From positions 1 to 29,114 of the IMG/VR virus record IMGVR_UViG_3300030330_004014: a stretch of 29,114 nucleotides of DNA; one strand, 5' to 3'. The DNA comes from a virus. Its lineage: Duplodnaviria; Caudoviricetes. Positions 1 through 6,713 of this stretch are shown here, piece by piece (positions within the stretch are counted from its first letter, which is position 1; each line of letters starts with the position of its first letter). Position numbers and translations under genes: made by a program. The notes below the pieces were generated by a model. It ran no database searches and was not told where the DNA came from. It was given only the letters and a program-made list of their open reading frames with translations.

Positions 1-134
1 GCTGGGTCTTTTTCCCCTAACGCCGTTAAACCTTGCACAAGTGACCCGAAAGTTTGACCAATAGCAGCCCCAGCCGGACCACCTAAAGCAGTGCCAATGC
101 CAGCGGCCACGCCTGTTATCATAGATGCCGGATC
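1..134. repeat. Terminal direct repeat, copy 1 (circular assembly overlap)
   Basis: 1-134 is identical to 28981-29114 except A78 vs T29058. The tape measure frame reads through the junction, implying a unit length of 28,980 bp. Confidence 0.95.
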
Positions 135-2072
135 GCTTAATTGAGAAAGGGCATTATCTAATTGATTTAATGCGCCTTGAATTTTATCTACAATAATGGT
201 GGCTTTTATTTCTGTTCTGGCTTTATCTTCAAAAGCCTTTAAACCATTTTCTAAAAGTTTTAATTGAGTTTCAACATCTGGGATCACGCCTTCATTTCTA
301 ATTGTTGTTATCTGTGATCGAATATCAGCTAAACTATTGTTTAACTCTGCATATGGGTCATCTGTTTGATTTAGGCTTGTGTTCAAACCATTGATAGCAA
401 ATTTAATTGATTCAATGTTTGCTAACTGTGTCTGGGTCTTTTGTTCATCTTGTAATTCTGCTTCTGCGTTGTTTTTTGTTTGTTCGCTGTGGTTTATGTT
501 TCTAATTGATCTTTCATTCTCACCATATTTTAAACGTGCTGCATTTAACTCTTTTTCGCCTTTGCCTATAGCTTCATTGATGGCCGTAATTTGTTTTTTT
601 GAAGCTCTGTTTTTTTCTAAAACTTTTAATTGATCTCTTAAAAGCTTTAGGTTTGTTTCATGCTTTTCTATTGCTGCTTTGTCGGCAGCTAAAATAGCGT
701 CTTTCTCTTGTCTTTGTTGATCTAAAAAAATTGCGCTTCTTCTAAGCTCCATGGCTGCTATTTTTGCCAATGCGGCTTCTTTGGCTGTACCCGTTAAACG
801 TTTTGCTATTAGCTTTTGGCGCTCTATTTCTAAATCCAGCATTGCCAGTACATTTGTTTGGATTTTGTTCTGTATGTTTTGTTGTGTTTTTAAAAGGGTG
901 TTTTTTGTTCCGCTTAAGGCGTTGCCTAAAGAAAGCATTTTATTGATTGCGCCTTCTCTATTTCTTTCTCTTGCTTGTCTTCTTGCTCTGGCTGCGGCTA
1001 TTGCTCTTTGTCTTTTTGCGGCTTTTTCTCTTCTTTTTTCTGCGTCTTTTTCTGCTTTTTTGATTTTTTCTAATAAATCCAAGTATTCAAAGGCATCTTC
1101 GGCAGCTGGGCTTTGAGCGTCTTCCGCCGTACCAGATAAACCACCTGTTATTTCGTCAATGCCTTCTCTTGTTTGGGTTAATTCCCTTTGCAAATCTTTA
1201 AGGGATTCTTTTTGGCGATTTGTGTTTGATGTCAGATTGGCCAATGCTGTTGTGAAATTATCATGTGCATTTGTGCCAATTTTAGTCTCTTTGTTTATGT
1301 CTTTTAAATGCTTCCTCTGTATTTTGTTGGCTGCTATATTTCCTTTGATAACTTTAATTTTGTTTTCTAATACAGATGCTTGGGCTTCTTCTGTTTGAAT
1401 CCTTTTTTCAATAAACGCGTCTAATTTTTGACCTATTTCTAAATCTTCACTTTGTCTTTTATGATAGCTTTTTGACGTGCCATTTAATTCATGAATCCGC
1501 AATTCTAAAGCTTTAAAAGTATCTGCCTGGGTATGGTATGCGCTGTTTACTGATCTTTGGGCACTGGCTAAACCTTCTTGTGCTGTTTTAGCTTGATCCA
1601 TTGCAGATTTTAAACGATTTAATTCTTTTTCTTGTCTTTCAATGGCGGCGGTAGATGCTTCAGCGTCATTTGTAAATAAAGCATAAGCGGCGCCAGCGGC
1701 GGCCAAAACAGCTGTTATAATAATCATTTTTTTGCCGAGCAGACTTATAACAGTATTCAATCCTTTAAAAGCAGTAATGGCGGCTCCAACGCCAGCGACC
1801 ATTTTACCGAGCGCAGGGCTAAACATAGAAACCACACGCGAAATTTGGCCCAATCCCCTTCCACCTTGCTGGGCTGAATTTGCCAAATTATCCATAGAAT
1901 TAGAACCAGATTCGGCAGAAGAGCTTAAACGATCCATTGATTCTTCCGCTGCTTCTGCTAATTCTGTGAAGTTTTCCTGTGCAGTATCAACAGTATCAGC
2001 CAACATTTCTAATTGTTCTGTGGCTTCATTTGCAATAATTTCTATGCCATAGCTTACGCTTTCATCTGCCAT
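1..2072 (-). CDS. Tape measure protein, 5' part (continues across the origin to 28389; 887 aa in total)
   Basis: ATG at 2072 (MADESVSYGIEIIANEATEQLEML...). It is in frame with ORF 28389..29102 via the overlap (29102 equals 122; 2072-122=1950). The product is Ala/Gly-rich with hydrophobic and long charged helical stretches, and it precedes the tail-tip genes. It is absent from the ORF track, consistent with running off the window edge. Confidence 0.85.
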   Translation of the reverse strand, partial: MADESVSYGIEIIANEATEQLEMLADTVDTAQENFTELAEAAEESMDRLSSSAESGSNSMDNLANSAQQGGRGLGQISRVVSMFSPALGKMVAGVGAAITAFKGLNTVISLLGKKMIIITAVLAAAGAAYALFTNDAEASTAAIERQEKELNRLKSAMDQAKTAQEGLASAQRSVNSAYHTQADTFKALELRIHELNGTSKSYHKRQSEDLEIGQKLDAFIEKRIQTEEAQASVLENKIKVIKGNIAANKIQRKHLKDINKETKIGTNAHDNFTTALANLTSNTNRQKESLKDLQRELTQTREGIDEITGGLSGTAEDAQSPAAEDAFEYLDLLEKIKKAEKDAEKRREKAAKRQRAIAAARARRQARERNREGAINKMLSLGNALSGTKNTLLKTQQNIQNKIQTNVLAMLDLEIERQKLIAKRLTGTAKEAALAKIAAMELRRSAIFLDQQRQEKDAILAADKAAIEKHETNLKLLRDQLKVLEKNRASKKQITAINEAIGKGEKELNAARLKYGENERSIRNINHSEQTKNNAEAELQDEQKTQTQLANIESIKFAINGLNTSLNQTDDPYAELNNSLADIRSQITTIRNEGVIPDVETQLKLLENGLKAFEDKARTEIKATIIVDKIQGALNQLDNALSQLSDPASMITGVAAGIGTALGGPAGAAIGQTFGSLVQGLTALGEKDP

Positions 2073-2096
2073 TTTATGCCCCACTATTTATTTTTA

Positions 2097-2122
2097 ATCA
2101 TATCACGCTATGTAAGATTAGG
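2097..2122 (-). promoter_or_regulatory. Putative promoter of the tape measure/tail-tip/lysin unit
   Basis: The minus strand reads CCTAAT-N14-TATGAT with an extended -10 TG. The same CCTAAT-N14-TATAAT arrangement precedes terS. Confidence 0.45.
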
Positions 2123-2132
2123 TTAAAAACAT

Positions 2133-2170
2133 AAAAAAGGCAGCGGCTGGTAGGCGTTGCCGCTGCCTTT
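2133..2170 (-). terminator. Rho-independent terminator of the leftward non-structural operon
   Basis: 12-bp stem AAAGGCAGCGGC/GCCGCTGCCTTT ending in a T6 run on the minus strand, just after the stop at 2197. Confidence 0.8.
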
Positions 2171-2196
2171 AAAAGCACGTCCAGGCGCCTACCTTT

Positions 2197-3090
2197 TCAA
2201 TCACCCATGATATCACCAGTTAAGCCACAGTATTTTGAATCATTGTTATGGGTGGATTCTGTGGCGTTTATTGTTGTTTGACTGATTAGACTTTGAATGG
2301 TTTTGGCTGTTTCATGTGCAAAAGCCATGTGTGGGTCTTTTGGTGTGCCAATGTCGTTAATATCGTATTTGGGCTCAACCCCATAAGCCTGTTCTTCCAG
2401 AAGCTGTAACGCTTGTTCCTGTTTTATTTCTTCTGCTGTTGGTTTGCCTTGCCAGTTTAGATATTTTTCGTGGGTGTCTTTGGTGTTATTGATCATGCAG
2501 TCAATAAATTTATGTATTCGATCTGGCGACCATGATAACAACGGCCCAACGGCGTTTAAATAATCCCATTGATCTGTATATTCTATTAAGCGATCTAAAC
2601 CACCGTTATCATCTGCCCATTCTTTAAGCTTTATCAATGCAGCTGTGTTAGACACTGGCTCTGGTGAGTGTGGTTTGTTGTTTTCGTTTGCGTGGTCTTC
2701 TAACTCTTCCACCGTACACAGCCCAATAACGCCACCACAGATCAAGCGTAATGCGCGATTGACAGCGCGTGTTTCTGCCATTCGTTTGTATGCGTTTAGA
2801 ATGGGGCCATTGCATGTTTTAGGACATGCATCACCATGGCCGCTATAGCTTCCAGCCGCTGCGTTAGTGTTTTCCTTACATGGCCCAGCCACTTTAATTG
2901 TGGCTTTTGCTTCTGCTATGCGTTTGTCTCTGTCAATAAAGGTTATTTCTGTGTCAATGCTTACATTAACAAACAAACGGTGAACCAGATACAGTAAACC
3001 AGTTTGTAAAATAAATTCCTTTCCATGATAGGGCATAATGTGGCCGTTATCGCGTAACTCTTGCAGCCAGTTAATTTGTCTTTTTGTCAT
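2197..3090 (-). CDS. Putative single-strand annealing/recombination protein (Rad52/ERF-like)
   Basis: 297 aa with an AGGAG RBS. The N-terminal domain has 'SGHGDA...RMAETRAVNRALR', resembling phage SSAP signatures. Family recalled from memory only. Confidence 0.5.
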   Translation of the reverse strand: MTKRQINWLQELRDNGHIMPYHGKEFILQTGLLYLVHRLFVNVSIDTEITFIDRDKRIAEAKATIKVAGPCKENTNAAAGSYSGHGDACPKTCNGPILNAYKRMAETRAVNRALRLICGGVIGLCTVEELEDHANENNKPHSPEPVSNTAALIKLKEWADDNGGLDRLIEYTDQWDYLNAVGPLLSWSPDRIHKFIDCMINNTKDTHEKYLNWQGKPTAEEIKQEQALQLLEEQAYGVEPKYDINDIGTPKDPHMAFAHETAKTIQSLISQTTINATESTHNNDSKYCGLTGDIMGD

Positions 3091-3095
3091 GTTTT

Positions 3096-3114
3096 CTCCT
3101 GTTGTCGTTTGCTG
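3096..3114 (-). promoter_or_regulatory. Conserved RBS-overlapping leader box
   Basis: mRNA sense CAGCAAACGACAACAGGAG-AAAAC-ATG. 3084-3115 is identical over 32 bp to 8843-8874. Confidence 0.85.
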
Positions 3115-3131
3115 TTTGGGGCTTGTTTCCC

Positions 3132-3146
3132 CTAATCACTATATAG
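3132..3146. promoter_or_regulatory. Palindromic operator-like site (degenerate copy)
   Basis: CTAATCA-C-TATATAG matches CTAnATA-S-TATnTAG with two mismatches and lies just upstream of the leader box. Confidence 0.5.
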
Positions 3147-3560
3147 CTAATTAATCTTATCTAAGCCAACTTTTATTAAATATCTGGAAACCGCGCCTTT
3201 AGTAGATTTATAAAACTTGGCCAGCTTCTGGATCTCCGCATAATCATCATCTGGCAAAACAAACGATATCTGAGCTTTATTCTTTACGCCTCGATCTGGG
3301 CGGCCGCCTTTGCTGACTTTAGCGGGGTGTTTTATGACAGATCCACAGTTATCACAGTTTGTTTCTGTCCAGCCGAAATTATGGCGTTTAAAAATGTAAC
3401 CACAATCTTTGCAATTGATCGCCACCATTAAACGATGATGGGCCAGAATTTCTTTTCCACAGTGCAAGCATTTTGCATTGCTTAAGTTTCCAATTATCGC
3501 GGTGCGCTTTCCGCAATTTCTACAGCGCGTAGTTTCTCTTTCCATTAGTCTATCATCCAT
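3147..3560 (-). CDS. Zn-ribbon plus ribbon-helix-helix DNA-binding protein
   Basis: Four CxxC pairs (CRNC, CLHC, CKDC, CDNC), then GGRP and a CopG/Arc-like pattern 'QISFVLPDDDYAEIQKLAKFYKSTKGAVSRYLI'. Confidence 0.65.
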   Translation of the reverse strand: MDDRLMERETTRCRNCGKRTAIIGNLSNAKCLHCGKEILAHHRLMVAINCKDCGYIFKRHNFGWTETNCDNCGSVIKHPAKVSKGGRPDRGVKNKAQISFVLPDDDYAEIQKLAKFYKSTKGAVSRYLIKVGLDKIN

Positions 3561-3916
3561 TTCATAAAAGACCCATTGTGTAGGGCGTGGGCAAAATCGT
3601 TAGGGCCATCGTCTTTTTTTAAAACCGTTAGTTTTTTTGGCTCTTGATATGTGTTTATTTCTCTGCGTTGTTTGGTTGTTTGGTTTTCTTCGATCTGCTT
3701 TTTTAGCTGTTCATTTTTTATTTTTAGCTTTTTGATCTGTGCGTTTCTTTGATAAACCTTCTGGCGTGCTTTATTTAATGCCATAATTAAATCATGACAC
3801 TGATAACAGCCTTTGGCCTTGGTCAGTTCGTTTAATGCGCCCAACAACTCTAAAGCATTTTCTTTTTTTAAAAAATCCACTATTAGCCTGTAGTTTTCTC
3901 GCTCTTCTTTGGTCAT
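3545..3916 (-). CDS. Hypothetical coiled-coil protein
   Basis: 123 aa, AAGGAGG RBS, ATGA overlap with the upstream gene, one CxxC. Confidence 0.7.
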   Translation of the reverse strand: MTKEERENYRLIVDFLKKENALELLGALNELTKAKGCYQCHDLIMALNKARQKVYQRNAQIKKLKIKNEQLKKQIEENQTTKQRREINTYQEPKKLTVLKKDDGPNDFAHALHNGSFMKWMID

Positions 3917-4644
3917 TTGGCCTCCTTATCCATTTGGATTATTTCCATTTTTTTAATTCGGCTTGGCATTAGAGCGATCAGATCCAATGTATCAGCGCGA
4001 TATTTTGCCCATGTTTTTTGGCCGTTCATGTCGGTGATAATGACCACTTTTTCATGATTAGAAAAAAGGCTTATCTGCTTTTCTTCTGGTTTTTTTTTAG
4101 GCAGCTGGGCGGCGCTTTTTGCTTTAAGCTCTAAAACATTGGATTTTAACGGGGCTGCTTTTGGTTCTTCTTTTTCTGGTTTGTCGAAAAGGATATCTGT
4201 GATCCATTTGTAACGGTCAACAGGTTTAACATTATGTTTTCTTATTCTGTTTGCTGGAATGGTGAGCCAGAAAACATAGCGGCTGGATTTTGTGGCTGGA
4301 TTGGTGGCAAATAAATGATTTTTATCCAGTGCCTTTGTGGCAAAATCAGCCAAATCATAGTCAACCATCACATAAAGACAGAGCTTAACCAGGCTTTTGG
4401 TTATTTGGCGTGCTTGTTTAGTATCTGCCAAGCCTGTTGGATTTAAACGGCTGTGGGTGGCTCTTAAAATGCTGTTTATGCTGAAGGTCCTGTAGCGCGT
4501 GTTTCTGTATTGCCATTCTATGGTTTTTAATATTTCATTGGTGCAATAAATCAGCCTGTCTTTGTTGCTGCCAGCGTGCTTGGCATACTCCGCAAAAAAG
4601 GCCGCTATGTTTTCTTTGGTTTCGTGTTCTGGGTATTTTGGCAT
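3913..4644 (-). CDS. Hypothetical protein (start revised to 4644, MPKYPEHE...)
   Basis: The leader box with AAGGAG at 4654-4672 precedes the ATG at 4644. The ORF-track start at 4722 overlaps the upstream gene. Confidence 0.7.
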   Translation of the reverse strand: MPKYPEHETKENIAAFFAEYAKHAGSNKDRLIYCTNEILKTIEWQYRNTRYRTFSINSILRATHSRLNPTGLADTKQARQITKSLVKLCLYVMVDYDLADFATKALDKNHLFATNPATKSSRYVFWLTIPANRIRKHNVKPVDRYKWITDILFDKPEKEEPKAAPLKSNVLELKAKSAAQLPKKKPEEKQISLFSNHEKVVIITDMNGQKTWAKYRADTLDLIALMPSRIKKMEIIQMDKEAK

Positions 4645-4653
4645 CTGTTTGAT

Positions 4654-4672
4654 CTCCTTATGTCGTTTGCTG
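4654..4672 (-). promoter_or_regulatory. Conserved RBS-overlapping leader box
   Basis: CAGCAAACGACATAAGGAG, which contains the TAA stop of the upstream gene (ending QQTT*). Confidence 0.85.
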
Positions 4673-5233
4673 TGGTGCTGTGATTTTGTAACGCTTTTGA
4701 ATCTCCAATGGTATCGGGCCATTATTCAAATGGCTGTAGCCTTGACGGTAATGGCGACAATAATAACCCCAATGATCTGGGCTTTGCCATTCCTTTGGGA
4801 ACGGTATAACGCTGTAGATGGAGGGATACAGCGCGTATAGCATTGGCCAGCGGTTTAACCAGCCTTGCAAAAGCTTTACACTGTCACCCGATAGGCTGCT
4901 TTCTTCTGCTGTCGTTATTGGCTCTGGGCTGGGCTCTGTTTCTGGCTTTTGTTGGACAATCGGCGCCGCTTTCGGTCTGTTTGGGCGTTGGGTTCTTATG
5001 ATCCAAGCTTGTAAACGGTTCTGCCAATCCTCACGCCACCAAAACGCCTTTTTGGGGTTCTTCTGTAGGTATTGATCGATAGCATTGAATTCATAGACCA
5101 GATCTAAATCATTGGGATTTTGGAGCCCGTCCATGTAGGTTTTAAGGTCTTCACTACTTATTGAATTAAGATTATTATTATTTATTATATTATATATAAT
5201 ATTATATATATATACAGAATTAGAATCTGTCAT
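4658..5233 (-). CDS. Hypothetical protein, possible replication initiator
   Basis: First gene of the leftward operon. Its Y/I/N low-complexity N-terminus and 'EDWQNRLQAWI' resemble the linker and C-terminal DW..W motif of phage replisome organisers. The resemblance is weak. Confidence 0.4.
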   Translation of the reverse strand: MTDSNSVYIYNIIYNIINNNNLNSISSEDLKTYMDGLQNPNDLDLVYEFNAIDQYLQKNPKKAFWWREDWQNRLQAWIIRTQRPNRPKAAPIVQQKPETEPSPEPITTAEESSLSGDSVKLLQGWLNRWPMLYALYPSIYSVIPFPKEWQSPDHWGYYCRHYRQGYSHLNNGPIPLEIQKRYKITAPQQTT

Positions 5234-5238
5234 TTTCT

Positions 5239-5260
5239 CTCCTTTTGATATTCGTTTGCT
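5239..5260 (-). promoter_or_regulatory. Leader box variant
   Basis: AGCAAACGA-ATAT-CAAAAGGAG-AGAAA-ATG, i.e. the box with a 4-nt insertion. Confidence 0.65.
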
Positions 5261-5267
5261 TTTTCGC

Positions 5268-5311
5268 TTGACGCGTAAAGTCTACATAGTATGTAGATAT
5301 AGACAAGTCAA
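5268..5311. promoter_or_regulatory. Overlapping divergent promoters centred on a perfect palindrome
   Basis: Plus strand TTGACG(5268)-16-TATGTA; minus strand TTGACT(5311)-17-TATGTA. The two candidate -10 hexamers are the arms of TCTACATA-G-TATGTAGA (5281-5297). The -10 matches are imperfect. Confidence 0.6.
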
Positions 5312-5338
5312 CAAAACAGCAAAAGAAAAGGAGTTATC

Positions 5339-5434
5339 ATGACATTAAACGAGCTATGGGCAGACATTAAAGAAATAAATTGGGCAGAAATGGCGGCGCT
5401 GGTTTGCTTCATTTATGCAGCTATGCTAATCTAA
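5339..5434 (+). CDS. Small hydrophobic peptide, 31 aa (MTLNELWADIKEINWAEMAALVCFIYAAMLI)
   Basis: AAAGGAG RBS 5 nt before the ATG and a C-terminal hydrophobic helix. Below the ORF-track size cut-off. Confidence 0.65.
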   Translation: MTLNELWADIKEINWAEMAALVCFIYAAMLI

Positions 5435-5482
5435 TGATGACATTTAAGGGCGGTGGCATCTGCTCCTTTTGTCGTTTGCTGG

Positions 5483-5515
5483 GGTGGCTCGGATAGTCCG
5501 GGCCACCTATTCTTT
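5483..5515 (+). terminator. Hairpin/terminator
   Basis: GGTGGCTCGGA-TAG-TCCGGGCCACC (11-bp stem, one G-U) followed by TATTCTTT. Confidence 0.7.
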
Positions 5516-5534
5516 AAAAACATTGGACGTGTTT

Positions 5535-6014
5535 ATGGATTTGCAAAAGCTCACCAGCTTATCACGCTGGCGTTTGCCCATATTTAATGGAAAAGTACAT
5601 ATCGAAGGCCGCATTTTATCAGTTTCTGAAGCAGAAACCAGCGGTTTAGCTTCTGGTTTATTGTTGGCGACCATGGCCAGCCCAGAAGTTTTAGCCAAAA
5701 CCGCTTCTTTAAAAACAGAAGAAGAAAAGACAGCGGCAATTATTCGCATGTCAAAAAATATAAGCGCCGCCCAGATATCTAAACTTAACGAGGCCAATGA
5801 TTTAATTATCTGTAAAGTAATAAAGATGGCCAGCTTAGATGGCGGTAAAAACTGGCAAAAAATACAAATAGTCGCGGCAGAAGAGCAACAGGACCATGAA
5901 CAAAACCGTTTATGGGTTGGCGTACTAAATGAAAAAGACAGAGACGCAATTTTAGAAAAAGCCTTAGAAGGGCATAAGGAGGCCGTAACGCGTATTGCCT
6001 CCTTTCCAGGCTGA
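5535..6014 (+). CDS. Putative tail assembly chaperone (gpG-like)
   Basis: 159 aa from ATG 5535, followed by an overlapping short ORF of gpT-like character. The call rests on the pair architecture, and the location is atypical. Confidence 0.5.
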   Translation: MDLQKLTSLSRWRLPIFNGKVHIEGRILSVSEAETSGLASGLLLATMASPEVLAKTASLKTEEEKTAAIIRMSKNISAAQISKLNEANDLIICKVIKMASLDGGKNWQKIQIVAAEEQQDHEQNRLWVGVLNEKDRDAILEKALEGHKEAVTRIASFPG

Positions 6015-6228
6015 TAAAGACTATCTAAACATGCTGGATATAGTGGCTTCTAATTATGGGGTTTTACCTTCACAGGTGGCCCAGTTAGATTGGAAAGATT
6101 TAGCGGTTTGTGTTGCTGCTTTGCGTACCAGAAACGACAGACTAAACAAGCTGATTAAAAAAACCACGCGCAAAAAAACAACGATTTTTCCCACTTTAAA
6201 TCTAAGTGATTTGATTAACAGTTTGTGA
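5995..6228 (+). CDS. Putative tail chaperone extension (gpT-like), probably reached by frameshift
   Basis: 'IVASNYGVLPSQVAQLDW' resembles the ..G..PS.. pattern of gpT domains. It is in the +1 frame and lacks a clear RBS. Confidence 0.5.
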   Translation: MPPFQADKDYLNMLDIVASNYGVLPSQVAQLDWKDLAVCVAALRTRNDRLNKLIKKTTRKKTTIFPTLNLSDLINSL

Positions 6229-6231
6229 AAG

Positions 6232-6257
6232 CCTAATTTCTATGGCATTTGTATAAT
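6232..6257 (+). promoter_or_regulatory. Putative promoter of the terminase unit
   Basis: CCTAAT-N14-TATAAT with a consensus -10, 18 nt before the ATG at 6276. Confidence 0.5.
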
Positions 6258-6275
6258 ATAAAAAAAAGGGTTAAT

Positions 6276-6710
6276 ATGGCCAGGCCGTCTAAATTTGATA
6301 AAGAGAAATTGGATCTGATTTGCAAAGCGGTAGAAGTCGGAGCCACACGCAAACTGGCAGCCATGGCCGCTGGAATTGATGTTAGTACGCTATATGCTTG
6401 GCTTCAAAAAGGTAGAAATAGCACAGATCAAAACTGTCTTTTTAAAGAGTTTTCAGATCGAATAAAAAAGGCTGAAGGTTTCAGCGCTTTGCGTGATCTG
6501 TCGATTATTACAGCTGCATCAGAAACAGACTGGCGGGCAGCCGCTTGGCGATTAGAAAGGCGTCATGGTTATGTGGTTGGCCAATCGCACCAAATAGAAG
6601 CGCCGATAGAGGCCAATGAGTTAGACATAAAAACACTTATGGAAGAAATAAAAGAAAGTGATAAACTTATTTCTAAACTGTCTGGGCCAGTGATAGATTT
6701 AGAGGAATAA
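6276..6710 (+). CDS. terS: Terminase small subunit (HTH)
   Basis: Starts 'MARPSKF', has HTH 'AAMAAGIDVSTLYAWL' and 'DWRAAAWRLERR', and lies upstream of terL. Confidence 0.8.
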   Translation: MARPSKFDKEKLDLICKAVEVGATRKLAAMAAGIDVSTLYAWLQKGRNSTDQNCLFKEFSDRIKKAEGFSALRDLSIITAASETDWRAAAWRLERRHGYVVGQSHQIEAPIEANELDIKTLMEEIKESDKLISKLSGPVIDLEE

Positions 6711-6713
6711 AAA

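Larger units (their letters stand above)
5300..5515 (+). ncRNA. Candidate dual-function small RNA with an antisense seed at 5463-5481
   Basis: Bounded by the rightward promoter and a GC-rich hairpin (5483-5507). It carries CUCCUUUUGUCGUUUGCUG, complementary to the leader boxes. Transcript ends are inferred. Confidence 0.45.

Noticed and set aside
1-134. Physical terminal repeat or attL/attR
   Set aside because: It lies mid-gene with no host flanks or integrase, and is best explained as assembly overlap.
379-2052. Plus-strand ORFs 379..633, 751..1116, 764..946, 1159..1398 and 1732..2052
   Set aside because: Antisense shadows of the tape measure gene. Their Phe/Leu/Ser bias mirrors Lys/Glu codons on the coding strand.
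5469-5534. ORF-track 5' extension of the chaperone gene (TTG 5469)
   Set aside because: It runs through the antisense seed and the terminator hairpin. ATG 5535 is more plausible.
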